A stretch of DNA of 56,967 nt, from positions 1 to 56,967 of the forward strand of contig CAVUMJ010000399.1 of assembly GCA_963741375.1 (NCBI GenBank), written 5' to 3'. The notes beneath the pieces were generated by a model. The model was not told the origin of the DNA. It searched no databases and was given only the letters and a program-made list of their open reading frames with translations. Shown piece by piece: positions 1 to 14,401 of this stretch. Position numbers and translations under genes: made by a program. The stretch comes from an uncultured Pseudomonadota bacterium. Its GTDB lineage: Bacteria; Pseudomonadota; Gammaproteobacteria; Methylococcales; Methylomonadaceae. Numbering within the stretch: the first letter of the stretch is position 1; each line of letters opens with the position of its first letter.

Positions 1-450
1 GAATTACAACGTTTACAGACAAATAGCTTGATTGTTGCCCATCTAGTTTATCCAGCCTGGAGAGTGTATATTACTTTTTTGGCTGACTTTTCCATGACCG
101 AGTTCACATTCTAAAATTTGTTAGAATGTGATAACATTGTTTATCATAGTGTAATTCATAAATGTGTCCTTTTTGCTGTGGACAGCGGGCTCAATGAACG
201 GCTTTATAAACAAGAATCTATCTTTGTAGTGTTAACTTAACATGTCCGGTTATGAAATTAAGCCATAATTGGCAAAGTAAAGGTTTTGATAACGTGAAAA
301 AAATGATGCTTTGACGGCTCAGTGATCGAAAAATTGGCTATCAAGAGCTTCCTGATATTTTTCTGCCAAAAGGAACTCACACGTCAAGAAGTGAAAGTTC
401 CCGCAGTGTAATTAGATTTCATTAATCTATAGTTTTCCATAGGAGCCCAT

Positions 451-1450
451 ATGAATTCTATTCCTACTCTATTTCCAGGCGTTTTCCATATTCACTCACA
501 ATCTCACCTATGATAATTACCCATGGGATTTTCCTCATCGTCACAACAACCATCAACATTTTATACCATCCTCCCTGCCGACTACGAAGGCATCGTCTTC
601 GTTTTGGCAGATATATTGAAGTGCCTTCCCAGTTTTCACATTAAGTTACCTTCCAGTATCAACAACATCATTCAAGTACCCGAACATTACGTCTGACGAA
701 ACTGGAGTTTTCGACTTTCCCACTCCCGAAGCAACCAAACCAGATCAATTTAACAACGACCAGACTCAGAAAAATGTCATCGTCACAAGGTATTCTGGAA
801 TTTCAGCCCCTCATCAAAATGGATCATTACAATATCAATAACAATATTGAAAATATGTTTTCTGACATACATGACCCTGTTCCACACTAAGCGATTTTAT
901 ACTGAAACGCAATACAAAATACATAACAAATGAGACTGTAGATGAAATTATTACCATCAGGTCGTTCAGAAATTGAAGAAACAAGTACTTAAACATCATC
1001 ATGAACTCGTACAAATGAATGATCAGAAGAGTCACAAATCGGATCTGGTCCCAGTTAGAGAATGTTTGATCCTCCCTGAACTCGTGCGACCTTCTTCATG
1101 AAGTTGATAAAGACCACAAGATGAAGAGAACGCCGTCGATATAGCCAATCACGAATACGACGAGGCTGCTGCAAAAAGTCGTAAAAAGGCGCCGGATACA
1201 AAGATCATATTATTTTTCTGAAGGTTACCATTTCAAACAGAGTGACGAAGCCGAAGGTCAACATAACTGGGTTTGACCAGTTTCCAAGAACAGTTTCTGA
1301 GAGCGCCTGATGTGACTGGCATCGTATGTACCTGAGACGTTAGGTGAAGGTTTGCCGCAAGCCAAACAGCAGATAATCGTTCATGTATATGTAAACGAAT
1401 ATTACCCATGCTGCCTTTCCCTTCGAATTCCACGGAGAATATCAAGATGG
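451..1450 (+). pseudogene. hflK: Heavily error-ridden mirror copy of hflK (probably artefactual)
   Basis: aggagcccatatgaa start context and internal segments mirror 29838-30815. Confidence 0.75.
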
Positions 1451-2398
1451 AATTATCCAAAATAAATTTTTAAATTATTTCGACAGGTTCGAGTACCTTG
1501 ACATTTTTGTGCACCTATACGGATAATCAATTTGAACAGGTAATTATTAGCCGATTTGGCAGACAATTAGGGAACCATAACTACCCCGGGATTACGTTTT
1601 AAATTGCCGTTTATTCAGCAGGTTAACCAGTTTCGATAAACGCTATTTGGCCTGGGACAGACCTTTGGTCGAAATGTGTCCAAAGATGGACCCTATGTGC
1701 AGGATCGACACATTTTGCACATTAGCGGATTCTGACGCCATGCATCCTTCCTCGCTTGGAAGATAGAGCATAGCGCCCAATCACGTCTTGAAGAAATATT
1801 CGGAAGTGAAACCCATACAGCTGTAGCAGACATGAATTGATGGAGTAGTTCGCACAAACAAAGACCGAACAGCGTTGCAAGACAAACTCCATAGGTACGA
1901 AGGGTAGTATTAGTCAACTATTACTTATCAATGTGGCGGAGTTGGCGTCGACAAAGACATCTTCGATGCTGCGGCGCCAAAATTGGCTGCGTTTGGCATC
2001 GAATTACTGGACATTCGCTTCAAATGCATTAGCTATAATCAACAGGTTTTGGACCGTATTTATGGACGGATGAATCGTGAACACTTGCAATTGCCCAGCG
2101 CTTCCGTTCTGAAGGCGAAGGCGAAGCAGCCAGAATCAACGCAACGAAGAGAGAGACATTGACCAGATTCTTTCCACGGCTTATATGCAAGTTCAGCAAA
2201 TTCACGGGGAAGCTGATGCCAAGGCGACCGAGATTTATGCCAAGGCCTCACCCAAAAACCTGATGCGCCGAATTCTACAAATTCTTAAAAAAAATGGACA
2301 CCTACCGGAAAGTCATTAATTCCGAAACCAACATCGTCCTAACCACGAATAGTGAACTATATAATATGCTGAAAAAGGACGAGCCAAAAAACCGATGA
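1447..2398 (+). pseudogene. hflC: Error-ridden mirror copy of hflC
   Basis: Mirrors 28882-29841 and ends gaaaaaggacgagccaaaaaaccgatga. Confidence 0.8.
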
Positions 2399-2565
2399 TA
2401 AGTTTTGTGATAAAAACACAACTTGTTGAGCACTATTATCTCCCATCTAACTGAGTGCAGTAGATTGAAAATTTGCTGCAATAATTGAGATGGAGAAATA
2501 GAAAACTCCAAAACAGTGTTACTACGAAACCCACACAAATTCAATTTCCCTTGTCTACGGCAAAT

Positions 2566-3526
2566 TCAGCCTATGCCGCCTTCACTGACTGCGCATATTT
2601 TGCAGGTTTGCAGTACATAATCTCATCATGATTTGTTTTCACATCATATTGTTTTTCAATCGTTAAAAACCTTCGTCCACTTCGATTGCCGTCTCAAAAA
2701 CAAATGTACATTACCTTTTGAAGCTACATGATGGTTTTTTTGGGTGAAAGCCGGCACATCACAGCACACCATACCACCCCTTATTACGAAATATATAGGT
2801 TCTTGGGGGTTAGTTATGTCATTCATGCAGTCACATAACTTGATACAACATGGCGGTTCCACAGGAATAAGTAGTGCCGACTACCTCGCTCATACGTCAT
2901 AACGAATATCTTGTTAAACCTACAGACTTACGGAAAGCTGACATTACCATTAAATACACAAAATTATTAGCTATCCTGCCGCATTGGTTGACAAGATCGT
3001 TTTTATCTGGTTCACAACGGTAACGATATGCGGATTTCGGATGGTTCATGCTGTAAAAGTTGACTGATCTGATAGCTCCGGGATAGATTGATTGCAAAGA
3101 ATTTTTGATTCCGCCAGCATCGGCAGAAACTAGCTGTCAAGGAAATTGGGCCAATTTACGCCTCGAATGTTTGAATACCTTCGAATATGGTTTCCCGGAG
3201 CTAACAATTAAATTTCATTAATGGTTTCTACAGTGGCTGAATTTTTCATGAGTTTTTCCGCACCATAACGGCCTATACAGCGCAATCCATTGCCACACAT
3301 CTCCGCTTCACTGCCATCCCAATTAAACATCCTCATTTGACGATCAGCAATATCACTAGGCATGTAAAACAAAATACCATCGGCGCCGATACCTGTTTGT
3401 CTATTACATAAAAGCCTGGACAAATCGGCTCTGGAATGTTCGGTATGATTTCATTACCCTCCGCTACCTCATCAATAAAAATAAAAACATTGCCGGAGCC
3501 ATACATTTCAAAATATTTAGTTTCAT
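2566..3526 (-). pseudogene. dapF: Error-ridden mirror copy of dapF
   Basis: Fragment ORF 3208-3423 (GIGADGILF...EAEMCGNGLRC) is nearly identical to part of 27727-28707. Confidence 0.85.
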
Positions 3527-3933
3527 TATGACTTACCTAATCTATTTGGAGCTTATGCGCCTTGAAAGCTGGCCGGAATTTTACAGGAATAATTTTTATA
3601 GCCCTATCCCACCATGCCCTAAGCATAGTTTCTCATAATCCTGCAGCTTATTGATTACAAAATTGCATTTCGATGAGCAAATCCGCCATCAAAATTAGTC
3701 TGTGATGCTTTACCATCTATATCGTAAACATTTGACTTAACCAGACTTTATTCGTTAATATGATCGTGCTACTTGACACAAAAATGCATGGAACCAGTGC
3801 TGACAATTCTTAAGTCGATACAAGTTTTCCACAGTTGACGTGTTCTTTTTCGTCGGCGTCTTATCAAGTCTTTTTTTAATTAATCAAACTGGATTTTATG
3901 ATAGATCGTCCTAACCCAGAATAGATCAATATC

Positions 3934-5457
3934 ATGTTAACCGCTAATAGCACCACAGACTTCAGATTTGATGTCAATGGTCTTCGAGCCTGGGCCATAG
4001 TATCTGTTATTCTCTATCACTTTGGCGTCCCCAGCTTTCAGGGTGGTTTTCTAGGCGTTGATATTTTTTTCGTCATTTCAGGTTTCCTGATTACCGGTAT
4101 CATCATAGAAGGGCTCACTCTCGGTAAATTTTCCTTGCAGCAATTTTATCTAGCCCGCGCCAAAAGAATTATCCCTGCTCTGTTTGTTTTCTGCCTTGCG
4201 ATGCTCATCGTTGGCTGGTTTGCGCTGGCAAGCCCGGATTATCTTGAGCTTGGCCAAGAAGCCACTTACGCCCTGACATTTGTTTCAAACATACTATTCT
4301 GGAATCAGTCTGGATATTTTGATGCTACGGCACATGAAAAATGGTTACTACACACTTGGTCATTATCTGTGGAGTGGCAATTTTATATGTTATATCCAGT
4401 TATTCTTATGCTTACCTGGAAAATACAAGCTAAGCTCAAGGCCTTGATATTGATTATCCTGATAGGATGGGCTATTTCGTTTTTGCTAAGTTTATGGTTT
4501 TCAATAAAAAACCCCACTCCAGCATTTTATTTGCTGCCAACAAGAGCGTGGGAATTACTATCGGGAGGACTAAGCTATTTGTTTACTAAACACAAACAAA
4601 TCAAGGGAACAACCTCACGATCTCTGGAAATATGCGGATTTTGCCTGATTATCTCCTCAATTTTATTGTTTGACGAGCGATCAAGCTGGCCTGGCTGGCG
4701 AGCGCTTCTTCCAGTTTCAGAGCCGCAATAATTCTAATTGCGGCCCGGCCTCATTCCATCCTCACCAATAACCCTATTGCTCAGTGGTTAGGAGATTGCT
4801 CATATTCTCTTTACCTATGGCATTGGTTTATTGTGGTGATTTCAGCCTATTTTGAGTTGCCTCGAGATATCCTAACTATTCCGATTGGAATCCCCATCAC
4901 CACTATGCTTGCCTGGACGTCCTATAAATGGGTTGAACAACCGGCCAGAATACGTCTGGGTCAAATTCAACAGCAAACTGCATTTGCAAGTATTTGTCTG
5001 ACCTGTTCGATATTGATCGCTTTTAGCACGCTTACTTGGAAAAAACAGGGGTGGCCACAGCGCTTTTCTGAGAATACTCAAGTTGAATTGGCCGCCAATG
5101 CCGCTTCCCCCCAAAACCCGCGAGATGCCGAATGCCTGCTCTTATCCGGTACCGAATCGCCATCTTGTGTTTTTGAGGCAATCGCATTAAAGCTGTTTTG
5201 GTAGGCGATAGCCATGCCAGCGCCTTGGCCACAGCAATCACTGCGGCCTTACCTGACAAAAATAATGGCTTGCTTGAATGGGCTTATCTTTGCTGCCCCA
5301 CCATTTTCGGAATACACCGTAAATCTGACACAGCCCCCAAAGATCACGATTGCTTTGGATTTAACTCGTGGATAAAAAATAAAATCAATGAAATCCCCAA
5401 AGATATTCCTTTGATTATCATTAATCGTGCTGCAGATAATGCAACTTATATAAACCC
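3934..5457 (+). pseudogene. Mirror copy of the OafA-like acyltransferase (acyltransferase_3 + SGNH), frameshifted and 3' truncated
   Basis: N-terminus identical to the gene starting at 27320. Motifs FRFDVNGLRA, GVDIFFVISGF, HTWSLSVEWQFY and GDSHA. Confidence 0.85.
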
Positions 5458-6360
5458 ATCGCATGGGGCGCACCTGTTCCCGACGGCGAGTAGATGTCAC
5501 CAATACCTTCGCTCCCAATCCCGCGGGACTCGTTGCCCGGCCCTTTCTCGAACCGCCATCTGGCTTTGGATTGAGGTGCCCGCACAGACCTGCCATGACG
5601 GGTTGTTCGAATGCGTAGGGGTCTTCGAAAAAATTAGAGATTACTAACGGGCCAATCACCCGGTTCTACATATTTGCTTCTCAATGCCAAGGAGGGGGAC
5701 GACCACTGGGATTGGGAACGCGGGAGAACTTCGAATTTTCCCCGGTCTTCAAAATACACTCCGTCCAAAAAACAGACTATGAAATTAGGGACATCCGGAG
5801 GGGTCTTTTATTGCACCGCCAAAGCGTGAAACGAACGCGACGAGCTCCTGCTTTCCCAATTACGCCGTGTCCGTCTTGTGCGCTTAACGATTCAGTTTCG
5901 AAACCATACGAATGAAGATGAAAAGAACCCCGGTCACAAGCTGTGGCTTGTAAGCCAGGGCGTAGCGAACTGAGAACGAAAAGGAAATCACCCACTGCCG
6001 GATGGTGCTTTGGGGAGAAGGGGATGGAGTCCACCAAGTGGGCGGCCACCTCGTTTATATGTGTTAAAATGTATCCACAGGAAGGGTAGAGATTCTTGTG
6101 TTTTTTACAACTAAAGGGCAATTGAGCCGCTCCAGCTTGAAGCGCCTTCGATCCTAAGCGGAATAAAACCGTTGGCCAGGATGCCACACCGAAGGTAGGC
6201 CTCCACCTCCCGAAAGAACATGGGCTGGCAGATTACCGTCGAGTTCCTTTTGGGAAGAAGCCCGGAAGGTTTCAAAAACGGCCGAACAGCCCGGTACAAA
6301 ACCGTGCGCTCTGGCTCGATGCCGAGCATAGGGACCTGAAGCCCAACGAAGAGGATGCGC
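5458..6360 (-). pseudogene. Mirror copy of the truncated IS91-family transposase
   Basis: PERTVLYRAV, REVEAYLRCGILANGF and FSCKK..PSC fragments in different frames. Confidence 0.75.
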
Positions 6361-6905
6361 CACCACCAGTCTCGCTTGCAAAGTGGCCAGACCGAAACCT
6401 TGAGCTCAACCCGAAGCCACCCACCGGACCGAAAAACGGCCCCAAGAACGAAAAAAGTTACGTACTCCACCCTAAGCCCTAGACCGCCCAAAATAACGCG
6501 ACGCTCATGCCATTATTCGCAAAATAACCACCAAATCTCGATTACTCCCTGCCCCTCTCTTCTCCAATCCCAACTCTCTTCTTCGATCTTCTCTTTAAAA
6601 ATTTCTATCTCTCCCTCTTCTCTTTCTTCCTTCCTCCTACCTCCTACCCCCTAATTGGGGGCACCGCTGACCACTTTCCATCGTAGAGGGAGAGTGGTCA
6701 GCAGCGGGGCGGGCGTAGGGAGCCTCGGTACACTTTGGGTTACTTCCTTATAATTCCAATACTGTTGAATCGTTTTCCGGTTTTTGAAACTGCCCACCAA
6801 TCTCGCCGACTCCCCTTAGGTACTATTTCTAGGACTTTTTACTATGTCTGTGGCGCTCTATTTGATACAGCTGCGTCGCGTTATTTTTTGTGGGGTGCTT
6901 GGTGG

Positions 6906-7694
6906 GTGAAAATCCAAATTGGGGAATCGATTAAGTCGGTAAGAGCTATGCCGGGAAAGGCCTGCCAGGTGCGGCCATTGCTTTGTCTTTCTTTTCGCGA
7001 CTACCAGCTCTTTGCTCTGCTTTTGCCCTAGGGCTTTTTCTGACAATCGGAAGTAACCGACCTGGCGCTGTTTGATTCCAGAAAGAGTCCCACGGGACCC
7101 TTTCCCCCGTAGCCTTTAAGCCACCCGCCAAAGACTAAGACTTTTGGAAAAAGTGGAAACTCATCGCAACCCACCCAGCCCCAATGCAGTCGAAAAGCGT
7201 CTACCTACTCTCGGCAATGTCGCGGGGGTACCTCACACTCGTTCAAAAGCTCCCAGAGAGGTCTGAGAAGTGTGGACCTTGGCACCTTCGAACACGATAA
7301 GGCCATCACCTTCACCCGAGGGGGGCTTGAGAAAAGTGGGCATTTCCTTCCTATGGGTACCCGGAAGATGGATTCCGCTTTGAAGGCTTCACAGAACGAA
7401 GGTGCTCTTTACCCGAAGGCCTTATCCCGGACGGGCTGTTTTTAAACTCCAAGGTATATTGTATCACTTTCGAAGTCTAACCCGCCCGCTAGGCTAGGAT
7501 TCGCTATGAACGAAAAATACGGGAGTACCGCTACGCCATGCGGGGATGGGACTCATCCAAAAGGTCCTCTACGTCACCCGCCGACCCTACATCGCCAAAG
7601 AAATCCTAGCGGCCTCTCGCCCCAGCCCAAATATTTTGATTGAGCACTACGACCACTTTCTATCCCGGCTCTTTCCACGGGGGTGCAGCCATGA
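6906..7694 (+). pseudogene. Mirror copy of the replication-relaxation-type protein
   Basis: Mirrors 23530-24331. Confidence 0.65.
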
Positions 7695-8469
7695 ACCAAG
7701 ACGCGGCACCCAAACCTCCAGTAGCCTTTTTATCGGCTGTTTTTTTCATTTTTTTTTTTTTCCACTCATTCCCTGTCTCATTTTTTACTGCCTACCCGTG
7801 ATTTCTGCCTCTTTGTATTTCGTTGGGCTTTGGATCGTAGCGCTCAAGGCTTTTTCCGAAGACTACTCCTGGTTGGGGCTTATCATTCCCTCGCTGTCCG
7901 GGATTTTTGTCTTTCTCCTGGCCGGGATTTCCAAAAGTCTACCTCGCGACTCAAACTGGAACCCTCCAAAATCTAAAAATAGACGGAATCTTTATCTTTA
8001 ACGCCTTCAACTCCGTCAAAGTATCTCATCAACCATGCCCCGTGGTCCATTATTCCAGAAAAAAAAAACTTCCTCGCCCCCACCAATCCAGCCCCGAAAG
8101 GGGGACTCGCAACCAAACAGAGCGTCTGGTGGATTTTATGGATAAATTCTTGCGATTGAGTGTTCTCATCCTGTTTTTGATTTTCTCCAGCCTCCGGGGC
8201 CCGCACCCTCCAAGACGCCCTGGAGGAAAAGTACAAAAAGATTGCGGATGAAAATCAAGCTGAGCTCAACTTCGTTCAAAAGTGACAAGCACCGCGCCCT
8301 GCGCAATGACGCTAAAAGTCGGCGCCAGGTCGAACAAGAACGCGACCACTACCGCGAAGAACACGCTAAACTTAAAGCTCTCATCGAGAAAAAAAAGAAG
8401 GCCTCCAGCTCTGACAGTGGCGGCAAACAAGAAAATAAAAAGGGTGTCCTTGATTCCGATGACCTCTGA
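7691..8469 (+). pseudogene. Mirror copy of the membrane/coiled-coil hypothetical protein
   Basis: Mirrors 22747-23533 and ends KKGVLDSDDL. Confidence 0.6.
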
Positions 8470-9029
8470 TGGACCTGGACTATCCCCTTTAATTTCTCAC
8501 TACCCAGCTCGCGGCTTTAAATCGCCCCCCCCAATCCAATTACGCTCCCCCGTTTCTCATCCTCCGTCTTTTGCCTGTTAAAACTAAAGGGTGGGGGAAA
8601 TGAAAAGAGTTCCTAGAAGATGCGAAAAATGAGTGATAAGAGAGAGGAGAATCAAAAAGCTGGGGCCGGGCCAGGTTCTAAACCACAGTTCAAAAAGTGT
8701 CTTTGTTATTGAAAATTCTTCTGGCACCAAACCAATTGCTCAATCTCTTTCGGAAGGGAGACGAAAGTCCCCATCCGAATATCGCACACCATGGGTTTAG
8801 GCGAGCTGATGGAAAAACCATCTTCAGGCATACCGTCGGTGGAAGATTTTTAATGGAACCGCTATAGACATTTGGCAAAATCGGAAGCGGAAAACTTCCC
8901 ATTCTGATTAGGCCTCATGATTCCAGTTCTCCCACTTCTCAGGCACTTTGGAAGCTATTCAGTCGATAAAAATTCTGGGTGGGGGAGAAAAACTAAAGCT
9001 ACAGAGAACTGTCTGGCATGGCCATCCTT

Positions 9030-11695
9030 AACTGGGCCTGCCACGAGCACGTGCGTTCCCACTTGCTCTACCACATCTGTCTTAAGTTCTTCGTTTAGGT
9101 GTTGTTCAGTTCCGTGTCAATCTCCTGGGCTTTGATCCTTCCTTTTAGCCTGTAGCTTTGTCCGGTGAAGGTTAGGCACGTGCGCCCGGTCAAACATCCG
9201 GTCGATGGCGGCATTGGCGAGAACGGGTTCCCCCTCTTTCTGGCCCCATTGGGCCACGTCTGCTGTTGGTGGGTGAAGGATCATGGTTGTGGTGCTTGTG
9301 CTGGGCTTGAGGGGCAGTATCGAAGACCTCTTCGGCGACCTCGCGGTTCATCGTGACCACACCCCCAAAACTTATTGATGATTCCACAGCCGCGAGCTCA
9401 GAAGTTTTTTAAAGAGCTGCATTCGAGCGCGTCGGGGGCGGAGTTTGGCTAAGGTGATCTGCGCTGCTAAAGCGTTTGCAGTGGTAAGCTCCAGAAGACA
9501 CGATGTCCTTTTTGAGCGGCGAGGATGCCTATAGCAAGCGCCGAAGTGAGTTTTGCCTACCCCAGAGAATCCCCAAGAACAAGGCTATTTCGTTTCGCTC
9601 GACGAAGTCGAGCGATGCCAGTTCTCTCACCTTTGGCTCGTTGATTTGGGGATCAAAGCTCCAGTCGAAGCTCTCAGGGCCGTGATTCGGGGAAGCCCGC
9701 AAGGCGGATCCGTTGTTTGAGTGAGTTTTCCTTTCTGGCGTTGAGTTCTCGCTCGAGCAGATCAGCAAGCCAGCTCAGAGAGACTGCTTCTTTGTGCTGC
9801 GCAAGTACATCGTCGAGTTCTTTGCTTGCTGTGGCTAACGCAGCTGTTTCATTTGGTTTTTTACTACTTCTACATTCACGTTTTTTTTCCTTCCATGGTT
9901 AGTTGATTACAAGCTCAAGCTGTTTTTGATATTCGGCTAAAGGGCGAATAAATTTGTTTTCTCCCATCGCTGTTTCGGTAATTTGAGTCGATTGTTTTGG
10001 CTCTAGGCTGGCCAACATCTTCACCGTGCGGTAGCTAAACGACTGCAGCTCAATCGCCTCTCTGCACGCACGATTGATAGCTATGGCGGTGTGCTTGTGC
10101 TAGGCTCAGGATGCCCAGATCTTTCGAGTGTCGATAAACCCCTGGCCCTGTTGCAGGATGATGACGATGTCTTCCACATCGGGGCCGATGGCGGCGGCCC
10201 GCTTTCTATAAATACAGATTCGTTACCGGAGCGCCTGCTCCCACGGTTTAAGATGGTGGTTTTTCGTTTGCTTGGAGTGATATGGATTCCTCACAGCCGC
10301 TCGTGTACTTCGATGACCTTACCCTTGAAGTGAAAAACTACCTGTCTTTGGTTTGCTAAGATGTAGACGTCCTCACCGATGTATTGCTCTTCGAGGGGAG
10401 TAATATTTGTTGGCGAAGAACCTACCGTGCCCGCTTTGCGCACATAGCTTTCGGCAAACTCCTCTCGCTCAAAGGCGAGCGCGGGAAGCGCTTTTAGTGC
10501 AGTTCGCTTCCGTATTGATTAAATCGTCGATAGGACACTCCGAAGCGTCGCGCCATGACGGCGCTCACTGGCGAAAAGGCGGGTACCTTGCTATTCATGT
10601 AGCTTTGGGGATTCCTCAAGTCCGAGCCAAATCGCCTCCATGGGCTTCGTAAGAACGGCGCACGTAGTTGATTTGCCGTCTCTACTTTGCCTTTTTCTCC
10701 TTCCTCGGTATCTCTTGGGCTGGTAAGCACTCGACAATAACGCCGTTACGCTGGGCAAACCGCTCAAACACAGGGTTTAGAAGCGGTCAATAGTCAGCTG
10801 CCTGTATGACAAAGCACTTTGGATTGTCTAATGCTGTTAGTCTGGCCTGTATGCTGCCAAGTCTCCGCCAACATTCTTTCAATCTCGATCCAGCGTCGTC
10901 GGGATATCGTTGGTCCAAACCAGTCTCACCATCATGTAGCGGCTGAAACCTAAAATCCCAAACCGAATGCCTACAGTGTTTCTTTTTTTCCCGACTGCGG
11001 ATTGCATTATGTCTCTGAAGCTTTCCCCCAATCCAGAAGAAAACTCTCCCCAGGCCGGTGAACGATTCCTCTGGCACCACACGGCGATAAGCTTCGGCCC
11101 ATGTCGTACAGACCCTGACGGTGCAAAAACCGATAGAAGCTTGAACGAGATACCGCTATTCTCAATTTCTTCTTCGAAAACCGTGATTCGGACGCCAACC
11201 AGCTGTTAACCTCTCCACTTTTTTTTCCTTCAGGGCAGCCGAGCAGGACGTCGTTTACATAAAAAATCTCAGACCGGCCGTCGACCGGATTGGGGAAAAT
11301 CGCTTGGGGATAAGGCGGCAGTGGCACCGACCCGTTAGAGCACCCAAAAGCTTTGGCTTTCTCTCGGACCTGCCGCACCCGGCGAGTCGTCCGCTCTGGC
11401 CTCTAAGCTTACGCATAACCCAGCGCGGAGCCACTCGCTGGCTCATCAAATACTCAACTATTTTTCGCTCCAACTGCCGTCTCCTGTTGCCTCCGCGTCA
11501 TTCATTGATCCCCCCTTTTTAGAAGATCATCAGGAGACGTTCTAGGTGGGCGTCGTCGGTTAGGTGGGAATTCCCTGCCTCAAAGCTGTCTTGGCTTCTG
11601 GTGGGGGAAAATAATCTTTAAATACTGTCCGTCCATTAGGTGGGAATTACACCCCGGAAAGCTGTTACGTTGAGGTAGGTGGGCAGCGGAATACG
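9030..11695 (-). mobile_element. Mirror copy of the IS21-family element (istA about 9899-11505, istB about 9095-9896)
   Basis: Mirrors 19547-22202. The ends are blurred by errors. Confidence 0.75.
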
Positions 11696-12400
11696 ATCTG
11701 AATTATAAATAAACAGGGGAAGGTCGTGGGACAAGCCGTCGCGGAGGAGTTTGTTCGCATCTCCAAGAAACAAGCCCTGAAAACTTACCAAGTCAGGAGA
11801 TCTCTGGATAACGTCGGCCGGTCGTCGGCAAACCCAGAGAGGGTAACGTCTACTAGTTGAGAACTCAAAAAACCCCCACGGCCAACTTGGATACTTTGAG
11901 TGCTTAAGAAAGGATCAGAAATTCCGCTTGCGCGTGTCGCCAGCCTTGGTACGTTTTCTCATCGTCCTGGTTCCTGTTATTCTGGATTTTGGGGAATTTT
12001 TTACATTTACCGTTAGAGCAACTGATGCTCTCGGATATTGGCCGACACCTTACTATCCTGGATCCGAAAACTCTTTCGTTTTCCACCTTCACTACGTTGT
12101 CTTATTTCTTGGGAAGATACCTAGAAATTGCGTCGTTAGCGGCTTTGCCAGCCTTCCGTCTATGTTCGATGAACCTCGTTGGAACGGACGAAGCCGGTTG
12201 AAGGCAAAGTACAAAGCCGACTTTTTCCAGGTGGGTGACTACTTTCTCGCCTTCTTTTTCTACTTCTTAAAGGTCAATTTCGTGGCCTATGCTTCCTCGA
12301 TTAAAACCGTAAGCACCCAACCTTTCCGGTGCGGTTTGATTCAAAATCAACTTAAGGGTCGTGACGTCTCCGGTCAAAATAACGCTGGGCTGGCTCGCGC

Positions 12401-13075
12401 TCAACTTGCCTTTTTTTGCTTCTCTTGGCGAGTCTGAATGCGTTTCATTTTTTCTGCTAACTGGCCCCTTCTCCACGGCTTCACAACTGCAGATCCTTCT
12501 AGAAGTTGGGCTGTATTTATTTTCTTCGTCTCGTCGTAAATTTCGGATTGGATTGCGAGCTTCATCGCCACACAGTCAAACTTCTTTTATTAGTTATTGA
12601 TAATCACCTCTTTAGGGGAAATAATCTCAAGAACCCCATATCCCTTTTCAAAATTAACCCGATTCTCGTAACCTCTTTTATTTGATTGAGACGAACTATG
12701 TGCTTAAAATTGCAAGAAACGATTGCGTCCAACTCCTTAAAATTGATTGTATACGCTGATACTTTACGGTGTTTTATCCGAGATTTAGCGGTCACAACTT
12801 TTGCTTTTATACTTTTCACTATTTTTAAAGGTTTCTCCGTTTTCTTCAAAAAGTATCTTAATTGATTCATCTGGAATAGACTCATAAACGTCTGGAACTT
12901 CTTTATTTGCTTGATACAGCTCGCGTAATACCACGTCACTTACCACAAAATGTGTATTTTTTTGCCCTTCGCTGCTGCTAATAAACGATTCGATTCCTCT
13001 GAAAACTCTTCGTCTAAAATACCAGTCTCCGATTACGGAAGTATCGACGTAAATTCTAAACTTTATTTGAGGCAA
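12401..13075 (-). pseudogene. Mirror copy of the PIN toxin plus small antitoxin
   Basis: IYVDTSVIG and DAIVSCNFKHIV fragments; mirrors 18164-18840. Confidence 0.7.
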
Positions 13076-14387
13076 TTTCGCCCCTCCCCTTTTGAACTAA
13101 CTCTCGGCGTTCCTGGCCAAGACATTCTCCCGAAAAGGACCCGTTTCAATTGAACGTTATGCCCTGGGCTCCCCCACCTTTGCAAAGTCTGTTGGGGGAA
13201 CAAGGTTTGCCTTCTCGCCAGGAGGAGGTATATTTGCAACCCAACAATCAAACTCCACCTTTTCTTAGTTGGGACTCAAAGGTTCGTACGGGTCTCTTGA
13301 ACTTCCTGGTTCTTCTGCTTCCAACTTTACAGGGTCATCTTGTTGCAGCATCTGGGGATTCGTAGTCGGTCGGTGGCGCGTAGGGCCCTTTGCGGGAGAT
13401 GCGCCATGAAGAAGTTCAGCGTGCCCCTCTGTTGATTTCTCTCACTTTTGCCGTTCACTTCCAAGTCGAAAGCAAAGGCATAGTATTTGATTCCTGAACT
13501 TGTTCTCGGAGGTTAAGCATCCCGGCTCGGAGCCAATTGAGAGAGTTGGGGCGCAACCGAACCGAATTGGGGTCAAAATGTGGAAAAATCCACGTCATAT
13601 ATTCTCAACCTGCAGGTAACTCGGCCGTAGTAGTAGTTCTTTAATATTTAGAATTTTTATAACTACTACTACTAGACAACAAGGGTTCTTGCTACCGGTT
13701 GTGCTAGACCGGTTTGGCTACTAGTTCGCTACCGTTTTGCTCCCTGTTTGCTACCAGTTTGCTACTGGTTTCATCTACAAGAAGCTTTTGAAAATATCTA
13801 ACTACAACGAAAACTGGAGCCATCACCTCGGCCTGTATTTTACATGCCCTTATGCTTTAACAACCCCTTAGTTGAAACCTTAAAATTGTGCTCTTTACAG
13901 TTCCATGGCTCGTTTCCAGGATTTTAGAAATATATTCTCGAGTTAACAGGGGGGAAGAAAAAGTATTTTTCTTCCTTTTGGTACTCTTCATATTTTCTTA
14001 TTGAAAGAAGCTTCTTCTCAATTTCCAACTACATGCCCTGCTCAATGTGGATTCTGCTCACTGATTTGCTACCAGTTTGCTCCTGGTTTGCTACCCTTCT
14101 CGCTACTGGTTGTGCTACCAGTTTCGATTTTTTGAAGGGTGTTTGTCTTTTACCCACCCACTCCCGGTTCGCTATCAGTTTGCTATCAGTTTCTGCTACT
14201 GATTTGCTACCTGTTTGCTCTGAAATTTTGTTATCTGTTTTTAGGCCCAGCTTTGGATTTATTCCCATTTCGACTTGGGTCTTCCCAAGGCCGAACCCAT
14301 TGGCCGGTTAGCATGTAGACCTACTCAGGGGTTGCGGTTTTACCCGCTTCTACCTTTTTTTAGGGTGTCATTCAAATAGAGCGCCAC
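13063..14387 (-). pseudogene. Mirror copy of the repeat-containing putative Rep/wHTH protein
   Basis: Carries the reverse-complement 11-bp repeats (gctaccagttt); mirrors 16857-18183. Confidence 0.6.
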
Positions 14388-14401
14388 CTTATTACCCTTT
14401 C

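Noticed and set aside
835-3097. Small ORFs in the first 3 kb as novel genes
   Set aside because: They are by-products of the corrupted hflK/hflC/dapF mirror copies.
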